64,000 nt of DNA from Alloascoidea hylecoeti (taxonomy: Eukaryota), in NCBI GenBank assembly GCA_001600815.1, contig BCKZ01000005.1:195532-259531 (forward strand). The letters are read 5' to 3'. Position numbers and translations under genes: made by a program. Each line of letters opens with the position of its first letter. Positions within the stretch are counted from its first letter, which is position 1. Under the pieces are notes generated by a model. It did no database searches, was not told the DNA's origin, and saw only the letters and a program-made list of their open reading frames with translations. Positions 32,491 through 43,413 of this stretch are shown piece by piece.

Positions 32491-33882
32491 TACACAAGAA
32501 AATATATTAATATTAATAAAATATAAGATACGTTTTAAAATTTTTAAGATAAGATTAAAGTTTAACACAAGAACAATACATATATATAATAAAGAACAAG
32601 ACAAGATAAGACAAGACAAAACAAAATATAATTAATTATCAATAATAATAAAAAATACCAAATATATAACATAAATCAAAAACACAGGATTATAATAATA
32701 AGTAAGTAATAGTAATAGTAATAGTAATTGTAATAATTGTCACAAGTCAAAAATCAAAAATCAAAGAAAAATTCAATATGGAAAGAAATGATTTCATCAA
32801 ATAATAAATAAGGAAGAACTTTAAAACAATCAATTTCAATTGCATTGCAAGTTAATTTCAAACAGAGACATATGATGAGTATATATATATGAGGTGTGAA
32901 CATGAAAATAGTGATGAAAATGAAGATGAAAACGAAAATGGATATGTAATATGAAAGATTAATTGAAAATGATAAATGAATGATAGATAAATGAATGATA
33001 AATGATAAATGAATGATATATGAATGAAGAAAAATGGGAACAAAACAAAACAAAACTTTAAAAGATGTATAAACAGAAACATATGAATGCGATAAAAATG
33101 ATATTTAATGTTGGTTTGATTTTGGTTTTTTTAAAAAAGTATGTTGTAAGAAAATTTAAATACTCTTTTTAAATTGTTTTTATTTTATTTTATTGTCAAT
33201 TGATTGATTGATTGATTGTTTTTTTTTTTTTTTTTTTTTTGATTTTTTTTGATTTTTTTTAGTTATTGTTGTATTTTATAATTTAACAAACCATACCTCC
33301 ACAATAAAAAATATAGAAGTTTATAGTAATAAGAATAGTTGAAAAGAAAAAAAACATAAAAGAAAAATATAAGTAAAAATAAATGATTAATTCCACTATT
33401 TTTAAGAATCAAACAAAATCATATTGTTTTTTTTTTTTTTTTCTTTATCAGAGATTTTGATGTTTTTTTTAAGCATTTTTATAAAAAAAAAAGTCTTTAA
33501 TTTTAATTCTTTGTATTTTGTGTAGTATTCTTTCTAGAAAAAAAATCAAACAAACAGACAAAACATAATAATTATATTATAGTTAATCATTAAAATCATT
33601 ATCATGAAAGACCTTTAACAAGACAAGAAGAACTAAAAAATAAAAACTCATTTGCTCGCCAATAAAAACCCTTTTTCCCAAAAAAAGAAAAAAAAAAATT
33701 ATGATGTTTATAATAAAGTAAGCGCTTATTCATTCATTTTTGTATATTAATATATATTTATTGTTTTTTTTTTTTTTACCTTTTCTTTTGATTTGTTTTA
33801 TAATGTTGTGATTTTTTTATGCTTTTTTTATTTTTTATGTTTTTATTAAAAAAAAAAAATTTAATAATAATCATTTATTGAA

Positions 33883-34821
33883 TTAATTTCGTACATTTAC
33901 CGCTCTATAATCATTAATATTAGTAGCGTTCCCAAAGTAGACATTCATTTGATTATTATTACTATTATAATAAAGATTTGAATTTTGTTGTTGATTTTGA
34001 TTTATAGTTTGATTTTGAGATTGATTTTGGTAATCAATCATTATTTCATCATCATCATTATCTAATTCAAAATCATCTAATTCATCATCAATATCATAAT
34101 CATCATCAGTTTCATTATCATTATCATGTAAATTTGAATTTAAATTTGAATTTAAATTATTATTATTAATTGTTTGTTGATTTGAAAACATTGTTGTTAT
34201 TGTTGATGTTGAAGTTGATGTTGGATATTGAGGATATTGAATTGAATTTATATTTTTGATTTTTTGATTTGTAATTGATGGAGTATTTGAAATACTTGTT
34301 AATGATGAAGTAACACCAAATACATTTTGAATATTTCTAATTGTATTTTGAATCATTCCCATTCCACTATTATTTGAATTATTATTATTACTATTATAAT
34401 AGTCTTGTTGTTGTTGTTGTTGCTGTTGTTGAATATCATTATAATTATTTGGTCGTTTATGAATTTGTTCTTCTTCTTCTTCTTCATAAATACTTGTATT
34501 ATTACTCATAAATGAAGAGTTTGATTTTGAACTAAAAATTGAAGAATTTGATGTTGATCTTTGTGATGATGCAACTGAAATAGATGAGGTATTATTATTT
34601 CTACCAACACCAAGATAATTATTATTATATTGTTGTGGATGATTATGATTATTTGTTGGTAAAATAGAAGATGGTTGAGATATATCTTTTTGAGTAGTTA
34701 CACCAAATGGAGTAATTGGTGGGGACATATATTGATGCTGAACAATTTTAACGCTAACATTTGAATTTGGATTATGATTAGGATTATATGAAGAAACATT
34801 TGGAGTTGATGGATACTTTTC

Positions 34822-34861
<40 letters not shown>

Positions 34862-36075
34862 TTATTTGGAGATGGAGATGAAGAAGATGATGGTGGAGAT
34901 GGTAAAGAAGTTGAATGAGGAGTTGTTGAAATTGAAGATGGAGAAGAATAATAATGATTTTGTTTTGATTTTGTAACTTTTTCTTGTTGAGAAGTAACTT
35001 GTTGGGTTGAAACAGCCAAAAATTTACAAAATTTCAATACTAAAGTTGAAATTGATAATTGAGAACCAGAAGAAACTCTACTATATTTTTTAATTAAAGA
35101 TTTTGAAATTTTAAAATTTGAATGTGAATGTGAATGTGAATGTGAATGTTTTGATGATGGTGATGATGATAAATTTTCAGTACCAATAGATGTAAACATT
35201 TCTAATAATAATTGTAAACATTTTTTAACCTGTTTATCATCTTCATCATTCATATTACTTGTCATTGATAATAAAACAGCATTATAATTTTTCCAATTTA
35301 AATCAAATATTCCATTAATTAAAATTAATCTTGTTAATAAAGCAATTGATTCAGATAGTAATAGAGGTTGAATTTCTAAAAATTGTTTATGAAAAGTAGT
35401 AAATTCACCAATAAATTTCATAATTTCAAATATAAAAGGGAATTTTAAGATTGAAAATAATTGTTTTTCAATTGTTGAATCGATATTAATAGACTGTAAG
35501 TTGGTTGGCAATAAATCTTTTAAAGCAATAAATTCCTCCATTTCGATTAATTTGAAATATAAGAAATTTTCTAGAGTTGGATGGCCTATTGACCAGTCTA
35601 GGGTATTTAAAATGTGACCTTCCATTTGAATAAACATTTCTTCGTCGTAAATGTTGCCACACATTAACTTTAATTCTCTTAGGGTAGGCACTCTGGATTT
35701 TTTATCTTCGTATTTTGCAGCCAGCCACAAAGATGTCGCGCCGACCAGCTGGTAGTGTTTCTTGAACACCACGCGTTTGGAGCAGTATCGGTCGACGATG
35801 TTGATGGCCAGAAACAGCGTGGAGGTGTGGAGTCTGAAGGACTGGTGGGACTCGATCAAAAAGTCCAAGAGATATGGGCGCATGGACCATGTTATCTCCG
35901 GCTGCTGGTCGATCATGACGGCGTCCGGGGTGGTTTCCTGTAGCAGGGTCTCGTAGTGCTTGAAGTAGTCATATTCGTATTCCTCGAGGAGCGACTCGTG
36001 GAGGAATCTCTGTTTCAACTCCAGCTGGAGGTTCAGTTTTCGTGGAGGGGGCACTGGTCTTCCGATCTTGTTCAT
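33883..36075 (-). CDS. G1 cyclin (Cln/Ccn1/Puc1-type) with long S/P/N/Q-rich PEST tail
   Basis: Cyclin box MIDQQPEITWSMRPYLLDFLIESH..LFLAINIVDRYCSKRVVFKKHYQLVGATSLWLAAKYEDKKSRVPTL..QMEGHILNTLDWSIGHPT; several S/T-P sites in the tail. Confidence 0.92.
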
Positions 36076-37406
36076 TTTGGTTCTGAGTGGTGATTATGGG
36101 CGATTATGGATGCAGAGGGATGCCATCAGTTTGGGGAGCAGAAGGAGAATGAAATCTGTAAAGTTGAGGATAAACGAACGACAAATTGGACGAAAAGAAA
36201 GAAAAGAAAACTTTAAAAGAAAATTGTAAGAAAATTGGTGTTTTCAACATTTGCTAACATTCTGATCCACATGCACCAATGCAGCAGAAGCACCGCCTTT
36301 AGTCCCGTTTAGCCCCGATTGGGTCATTTATCCTCTTTCGGCCTGTCACCTAGCTGTAACTTGTATGTAGATCCGCGCGTTAGCCCCGTTCTGTCCGATC
36401 TGCCTCTAAATTAGGCCCTTTTAGCTGGTACCGCCAAAAAGATCTTCTATTTTAAACCAAAAAAAGCAAATTGATAGTTTTTAATATTTATAGAAGAATG
36501 GTAAATAAAATAAAATCCATGAAAAATCCATGAAAAATCCATTTTAAATTCAATGCTTTTAAAACTTTTACGAAGATCCGATTTTTGAATTAAAACTTTC
36601 AAACACAGTCAATTTAAAATATTTCAAATATTTCAATCCACGTGCACACTGAACATGATCATGTCCATCACAGCCATCTTTTATTTAAATCGATTATTAA
36701 ATATTCCGCGGATTGTTCTTTTTCAGGGAGACTTGAAAACCACACTAACTATTATAACAATACAAAATTAACAATTTATAAACATCATAATTATTGACAT
36801 GACCATATCCATATCGATCCAAACACAAAAAATTTAAAGAAATCATTAGTAATAATTATGCACCACTGTTAATAACAAACAAACAACAAACAAAGTAAAA
36901 AGAAAACAAACATTGAAATGAATAAATATAGATGAAACAAAAACAGAACTCTCAAAACAAACAAATTTAAACAAATCTAAACAAATCATATAAGTATAAT
37001 CAGAAACAAAACTGAAACTTTTAAAAATTTTCAGAATTATTCGAAACAAATAAACAAACTAGTAGTAATAGTAATAACAATAACAACAACAATCATAAAA
37101 TAAAATAAAGTAAATAATTAGCAAAAAATAAACAAATTCTTAAATAAATCATAAAATGACACCCCAAACAATAAAATTAAAGAATAATAGAATATTAGTA
37201 AATAGAAATAAAAATAAAAATAAAAATAAAAATAAAAATAAAAATAAAAATAAAAAAAGATAATAATTGCAATTACATAAAATGCGTCATGTCATCATTA
37301 TGTAAGGCAAAATAGAACAAATAATGATGTCGAATTATGTGTATCATAATCAATAAACCTTAATATAAACAAAGACCTTTGAAAAAAAACATTGAAAGTT
37401 GATTCA

Positions 37407-38243
37407 TCATGTTTGTCTCTGATAGTACTGAGGATAAATATTAAATTGTGGACTGTTATTGGTATTGGTGTTGGTACGTGTCTGCCCAGTTATCCCACCA
37501 TAAGTCGTAGATGATAGATTACCTTGCATCATCTCTTGCTGTAATTGGGATTGCATTTGTATTTGTGTTTGACTTTGTGATAAAGGGGAGATGATAGGTG
37601 AAGACAATTGCTGGATTTGAGGTGATATAGGTGAAGGTATACAACTATTATGTTGACTACGAGTAATAGGACTCGGATATTGATATTGTTGAGCTGGAGC
37701 TGAAGTAGGAGAGTAATATCCAATTCCTCTGTTATATGGTAAATCACCAACATCAATCTCTTGTTTAATATTAATACTTGATGAATCACTATCATCTCCT
37801 GAATCTGATCCATTTTCTTCATTGTTATTATTTGAATGTTTTGGATTTTTTCTAATTCCTAATCTTGCTAATGCATTCTCTGCTGATGTACCTTCGAATT
37901 GTGATTGATTTATTCCTTTTTCATGTTCTAAAATTTGTAAAATGTGTTGTAACTGAATCTCTGTATTGTTTTGTTCATCAATACTATGTTGTAATGACTT
38001 AATATAATCAACTGATCTTGATAATATCGTACCTTTATTTGGTTTCCCTCCTTTTGTACCAGGATTTGGTGAATGGAACGGGGGAGACCGAGGTGTAGCA
38101 ACTAACAATTGGTGTGGGATTATTGATGCTAATTCATCTATTTTATCATTTAAAATATCCCGCCGTCTTCTTTCTATGGCGTTGTGAGATTCCCGTCGCT
38201 TTCCTGCTGATTCTGCAGAGTCAGAAACACTTCCTGTGGACAT
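37407..38243 (-). CDS. RTG1: bHLH-Zip retrograde regulator
   Basis: RRESHNAIERRRRDILNDKIDELASIIP..TKGGKPNKGTILSRSVDYIKSLQHSIDEQNNTEIQL matches the Rtg1 loop/helix 2/zipper. Likely start is MSTGS at 38243. Confidence 0.8.
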   Translation of the reverse strand: MSTGSVSDSAESAGKRRESHNAIERRRRDILNDKIDELASIIPHQLLVATPRSPPFHSPNPGTKGGKPNKGTILSRSVDYIKSLQHSIDEQNNTEIQLQHILQILEHEKGINQSQFEGTSAENALARLGIRKNPKHSNNNNEENGSDSGDDSDSSSINIKQEIDVGDLPYNRGIGYYSPTSAPAQQYQYPSPITRSQHNSCIPSPISPQIQQLSSPIISPLSQSQTQIQMQSQLQQEMMQGNLSSTTYGGITGQTRTNTNTNNSPQFNIYPQYYQRQT

Positions 38244-38396
38244 TTTTCTAAAGTCTCCAGATTTAAGTTTGGTCCTCTTCTTCCTTTTTTTTTTATGGAA
38301 TTGGTTGGCATGGCAGGGTAACATCCATCATCCCGATGGGAAATATCACACACCAACCCCTTCATATCCAAATCAATTCTTCAATAATATAATAAT

Positions 38397-38984
38397 ATGG
38401 CCTTCAAAGATCGATTTAGAAACCTTAGAGAACAACTATCGGAAGTGAATCCATTCACACCTCCTTTACAACTGCCACGCACAGAACAATCATCACAAGG
38501 TCTTCTATCTGGAGAGGACACATACACTGATAATTATACCGAGCCTTCCTGGTTTACACTTTCAAGATGGGATAGAATACTCGTCTTTGCCATATGTTTT
38601 GCAGGATCTATATCATGTTATTTAATTACGTTCTTCTTATTCCCAGTCTTAGCATTAAAACCTAGAAAATTTGCAATATTATGGAGTTTAGGATCAATTT
38701 TATTTTTGGTTTCTTTTGCTGCTATGCAAGGACCTGTGGCGTTTGCTCATCACTTAGTTACAGGTAAAAGAATAATGTTTACAATTTCATTTTTATCATC
38801 AATTATATTAACTTTGGTTTTTGCATTGGTTGTTAAATCTACAATTTTATCAATATTTGCAGCAATTATTCAATTGGTGGCGGCTATTTGGTATACTGTT
38901 AGTTATTTCCCAATGGGTACTGAGTCTTTAAGGTTTGCTTCTTCAATTGCTTCAAATCAAGTTAATTCTTGGATTCAATCATAA
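38397..38984 (+). CDS. SFT2: Golgi tetraspan vesicle-transport protein
   Basis: EPSWFTLSRWDR, LKPRKFAILWSLGS, WYTVSYFPMG and four TM segments (Got1/Sft2 family). Confidence 0.93.
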   Translation: MAFKDRFRNLREQLSEVNPFTPPLQLPRTEQSSQGLLSGEDTYTDNYTEPSWFTLSRWDRILVFAICFAGSISCYLITFFLFPVLALKPRKFAILWSLGSILFLVSFAAMQGPVAFAHHLVTGKRIMFTISFLSSIILTLVFALVVKSTILSIFAAIIQLVAAIWYTVSYFPMGTESLRFASSIASNQVNSWIQS

Positions 38985-39696
38985 TTTATAATTGATTATT
39001 TCATATGACATTCATATTCATAATTATATTCTTAATAGTTATATTCATTCTACTAATGTGAAGTGTCTATTTCAACTATATGTACACATAGTTTAATATA
39101 TCATCAAAAGTTGATCTTCCTTTAAAAATTTAAAATATTCTACCAGGAAGTATAGGCTTATAATTTGAGTCTCTGGGAATTCAATTCGATGGGTTCCTTT
39201 AACAGGCATATCATTGTTGCAATTGCATTTGAGAATTGTTGATTTTTGGTTTTCATCTATACCATTATATTAGTGATAAAATCTTTATCCACATATAAAC
39301 TAATGAAGTTATTTATAAAGCTATATTTTTCCACCTTGAAGATCCATCCATCGTATTTTCTACTTTTATAATGCCCCCAAATTTTTAAAAAATGGTATTT
39401 ATCTGGTGATCTTCCTCTTACTGAAACCTTGTATTATATTTCTGGATTTTTGACCTTTAACCAAACTTCAGATTAAACAAATCCTAAAATTGGTTGTAAG
39501 CCTATTTTTTCTACAACTTATATAGTACTATTACTCTTCAGATACCTATTGAGATTTCATGCTGCTTTAATCTAGATGAACACATTAGAGGTTTTCAGAT
39601 TCTGGATATTTCATTTTTTAATAGCTGATCGGGTTAAGAATTCCGATTATGGACGAAGAATATTTGATCAACAGAGGAAGTGGAAAATATCCTATC

Positions 39697-39697
<1 letters not shown>

Positions 39698-39729
<32 letters not shown>

Positions 39730-39736
39730 CCAAAAA
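39698..39736 (-). terminator. RNA polymerase III oligo-T terminator of the 5S gene
   Basis: T5 at the 5S 3' end, followed after 4 nt by a ~30-nt T tract on the minus strand. Confidence 0.8.
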
Positions 39737-39856
39737 GATTACAGCACCACAGTTTCACGTATGGTCTCCCACTACATTACTCGGTGTGGCTCTTAGCAGC
39801 TTAACTACTGTTGATCGGACGGGGAACGGTGCTTTCTGCTAGATATGGCCGTAACC
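39736..39856 (-). rRNA. RDN5: Dispersed 5S rRNA gene (121 nt)
   Basis: Reverse complement: GGTTACGGCCATATCTAGCAGAAAGCACCGTTCCCCGTCCGATCAACAGTAGTTAAGCTGCTAAGAGCCACACCGAGTAATGTAGTGGGAGACCATACGTGAAACTGTGGTGCTGTAATCT. It is colinear with budding-yeast 5S, with compensatory changes in its helices. Confidence 0.97.
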
Positions 39857-40169
39857 GACATATTCTGTTTTGTGATCATGAAGAGTAAAGAAACGTATGA
39901 AAAGTTAAAAAAAAAAAAGAAGGAAAAAAATGGGGCTTTTGTCAAAAGAAGGGAAGACAGAAGAGTGTCAAGAATACACAGAAATAAGAAGAATAGAAAA
40001 AGAAGTTTTTATTTCACTACTAGAGTTTTCCTCAGAAGTTACATAGTTTCTAGTTATATGACTTAATTAGTTAAAAAAAAAAAAACCATGATTGATATCC
40101 TAATTTAAATATAGTTTCTAGTTAAGAAGTTTAAATTGGATAATATATTTAAAGTTTTAATAAAAGCAT

Positions 40170-40865
40170 CAGTAGTAGGATTTCCTCCTCACTGACATGT
40201 AAGGATAAAAAGAAAACTCGTTATCATACTATGTGGTACGCATCATATACTTTTAAATTTTCTATTGTTAGCGTTTGGCCAAATTTATCTTTCCGAGAGC
40301 AGGGGTCTAATAAAAGAGTTAAAAACACGATATTCGGCTGTTACGGAGAGAGTTCAGGTGCGCTTCAAGATAATACTCCACTTGAGGGGAAAAAATGGTC
40401 AAAAGTTAATGCTTAATGCAGACCATAGAAAGAGGAGGTATGGGGTTTCCAAGGATCATATTAATTGAACAGTAGATGATTGGAATTTGGAAATACGTAA
40501 TATCAATCTGTACAGCGTTACAAATCGCGACTTGCCTGTTGCAAAAACTGTTTCTAGCTCCACGATACCTACCGGTACAGTATTATTAGGTCCTTATTAC
40601 CTACTAGGATTATTCTGATCATATGGAGAGCTTTATGGAGCAAATAAAGATCATAATTGGTTTGTTTTGAAGAGAGAAAGATTAATTCTTAAAAAGAAGC
40701 CGATCCTTTTATTCAAGCTTAAGCCTTCGAATATGTATGACATAGTATTTTTCAACAGAACAATTCTCCAATTCACAATTTAGAAAAAGTCTAACTATTT
40801 TTGGAGGAGAAAGCGGAAGAGCGGTGTTGGCCTGCGACTCTAGACTCTAAAAGATTATATCTTCA
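40170..40865 (+). mobile_element. Fossil Tc1/mariner (DD34E-type) transposase
   Basis: In order: SLTCKDKRKLV (~40190), QKLMLNADHRKRRYGVSKDHIN*TVDDW (40400-40483), IIWRALWSK*RS*LVCFEERKINS (40618-40689), IFQQNNSPIH..V*LFLEEK....WPA (40747-40836). These correspond to Tc1 motifs KP.L...H...R..FA..H..WT..DW, VMVWG, FQQDNAPIH and WPxxSPDLNPIE. Many stops; no terminal inverted repeats recognised. Confidence 0.85.
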
Positions 40866-40991
40866 TCGCAGTTAATGTTCATGTAGGCCTATAAGTCCTT
40901 AAATGTATAGACCCTATAATAACTAGCTGTAGGCTGCCTTTGATATTCAACTGTAGATATAAAAATTATAGTTTTAACTGATATACAATAC

Positions 40992-41830
40992 TCAATAAAG
41001 CCCTTTTGGACACTGTTGAACATATGGTTCTTCCTTCGTAGGTTAACTTGAGTTTCAAAGCACCAACTGCATCATCAACTCTGGATTCTTTATTTAATCC
41101 AACGATCGGTGAAACACCTTTATGGAAAATCCAGGAGAGAGCAATTTGTGACATCGGTACATTCCTCTTTTTGGAGATCTCTTCTACTCTATCAATAATT
41201 GTATCTCTTGGTTTTGATTCATCACCTTAAAACGTTGAGGTTAGTTCACTTCCACCTCTCACAGTAGAGAATTTTTCTAATACTGGACGTGCTAAGATAC
41301 CACCTGATAATGGAGATCAAGGGATTATACTAACTCCTGTTTCTTTACAAAATGGAATGATTTCTCTTTCTTCATCTCTGTCAACTAAATTATATAAATT
41401 TTGCATTGAGATAAATTCCATCTATTCGTTTCTGCAGTAAATTGGAATTGAGCAAATTGATATATCCGCATTGTTGTAGTTCCAATATACCTAACCTTTC
41501 CACTTTAGACAACATCATGGAGAGCTTTCATTGTTTCTTCTTTTGGTGTTGAAGGATCATACCTATGAATTTGAAGAATGTCAATATAAGTACCTAATCT
41601 TTCAACTGATCCACCAACAGCATCCATAATATGTTTTCTTGATAATCCATATTGGTTTAAGTACAATTCATCTAATTGACCTTTTTTCATTATATCCCCC
41701 AATCCAAACATATAAGGTTTTTCTTCATCTTCAATAACCCAAGGACTCCATGATTTGTTACCAAAAGACATATAATCCACAATAATCTTTGAGACTTTAA
41801 GACCGAGTTTCCAAGGTTTGTATATTCCAT
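40992..41830 (-). pseudogene. Aldo-keto reductase (aryl-alcohol dehydrogenase/YPL088W-like) pseudogene, copy 1
   Basis: MEYTNLGNS/GLKVSKII..MSFG, GLSRKHIMDAV..SVERLGTYIDILQIHRYD, IP*SPL, EEPYV. It carries frameshifts, stops and a large in-frame deletion of the FDTADxYSNG..ILTK segment. Confidence 0.9.
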
Positions 41831-43413
41831 TGTTATTGCTTTGATTTATTAAATTTATAATTAATTAAGAATTTTTAATATTATTTTAGTATTAACCGTT
41901 TCTTTTGAAAAGAAGGAGTTAATTATAGGAAAGTTAACTTATACCTTAATTACTATATTTACGCATACTTATCCGATGTATATGGAAACAACAGATTTTA
42001 CTGCTTATTTTCATTAAAACCATATTAATTTCTTGTTTCCATCATTTTCTCATTATATAAAAGGATTAATTTCTTATTCTTTATATTCATTATTAATACC
42101 ATTGAAAATTTAAAATTAATAAAAGTTATAACATCAGAATCTCTCTTCATTATAATCAAATTAATAACCTCGTTCAATTTGAATTATATAATCATTAGTT
42201 TGGTCAATTTTCACTTAAATTTCTTCAATTTCAACTTTTCTGTATTGGCGGTTATTATCTCCACAGCTAAATGCAGGTTAGAGATCTGAAACTCTAAAAC
42301 TTAACACCATGAATCTGCATGCATCTATAAACACTACGAAATAAGGAAATATTTAAGTATGTATATCCATGCACACATCCAGAGAAAGTAATTATTATGC
42401 ACTTAGGACCAACATTATAAATAGCTATAGATTGGTGGTAAATCTGTTGAATATGAACAGTAGGATAATACTTCAGAATTAGACTCTTCATAAATATAAT
42501 TTTCGATGATATTTTGTTTGAGCTATTGGTTTTTCCTATTTCTTGAAGAGAAGCGATTCTATATTAATATGAAACAAGATAAACATTAGAAGATGAAAGT
42601 AAAGAAAACTACACAGGAGTTAAAAACCCATAATAAGACGACAAATCCTTCACGTTCGTCGATGGATACTGAATCTCTTCAAGATCCCGTTTCCATTTCT
42701 AAAATTATAAGTGTGGCAAGTGATAGAGAAAAGGAAGGGAACACATAACTACTCCAGATCTACCTACAAACAGTAATGTTAAAAATAAAATCAGGTGCAA
42801 CCAAATGTTTAACTTTTTCCATTATCTGTAATTATACTAATTCTCCTTCTATTTTATATCTAAATGACATTGAAATGAGTAGCACTATAGTAGCATCAGA
42901 AAACTACCTATGAATATTGTTGTGATATGTTGGGATCACTGATGAAGTGAAGGATGTATTGAAGTGGGAGAACTACATGTCCGTTATAGAATAGACTAAG
43001 TTACTACATGTACAAGTAGTAACTGCTAAGTGAGTTGTGACCTGATATGACTTTTTGTTACAAACTTACAAATGATACAAGTTAAATTAATTTTCAAGTA
43101 TAATGTAAGTCTACATTGCAATTGATATCACCTTGAGATTGTAGAGGGAGATTTTTATTACCTTACATGGAGGTTGAACCCCTAGACCCGGGTATTAGAT
43201 TTTCAGGAAACTTATACTCTTGGTCCTTGGATGCCATGTTTTTCGCTGAACTTGAATTCTTAATTATAAAATTACGGTATACAAATCAGAAACTTTTTCA
43301 ACGTGTGAACATATAGATATATACTGGTTATATTACTCTCTAGGTAAATTACTTTTATTTGTTAAAACATTATGAGCATCCCAAACAACAGTCGGTAGAA
43401 AAGTTATAAACAC

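Noticed and set aside
32303..33082. Phe-rich ORFs in the track
   Set aside because: Translations of poly(A) and low-complexity DNA.
39170..39480. Possible decayed ORF on the minus strand, faintly RRM-like
   Set aside because: Multiple stops in all frames and no convincing motif.
41317..41319. UGA-as-Trp recoding, suggested by TGA at conserved Trp codons in both AKR copies and the Tc1 relic
   Set aside because: TGA is the normal terminator of intact genes here (SFU1, GNAT copy 1, RTG1, B cyclin), and those loci carry other lesions.
42590..43350. Short ATG-led peptide and branch-point-like TACTAAT downstream of the septin
   Set aside because: No coherent spliced model could be built.
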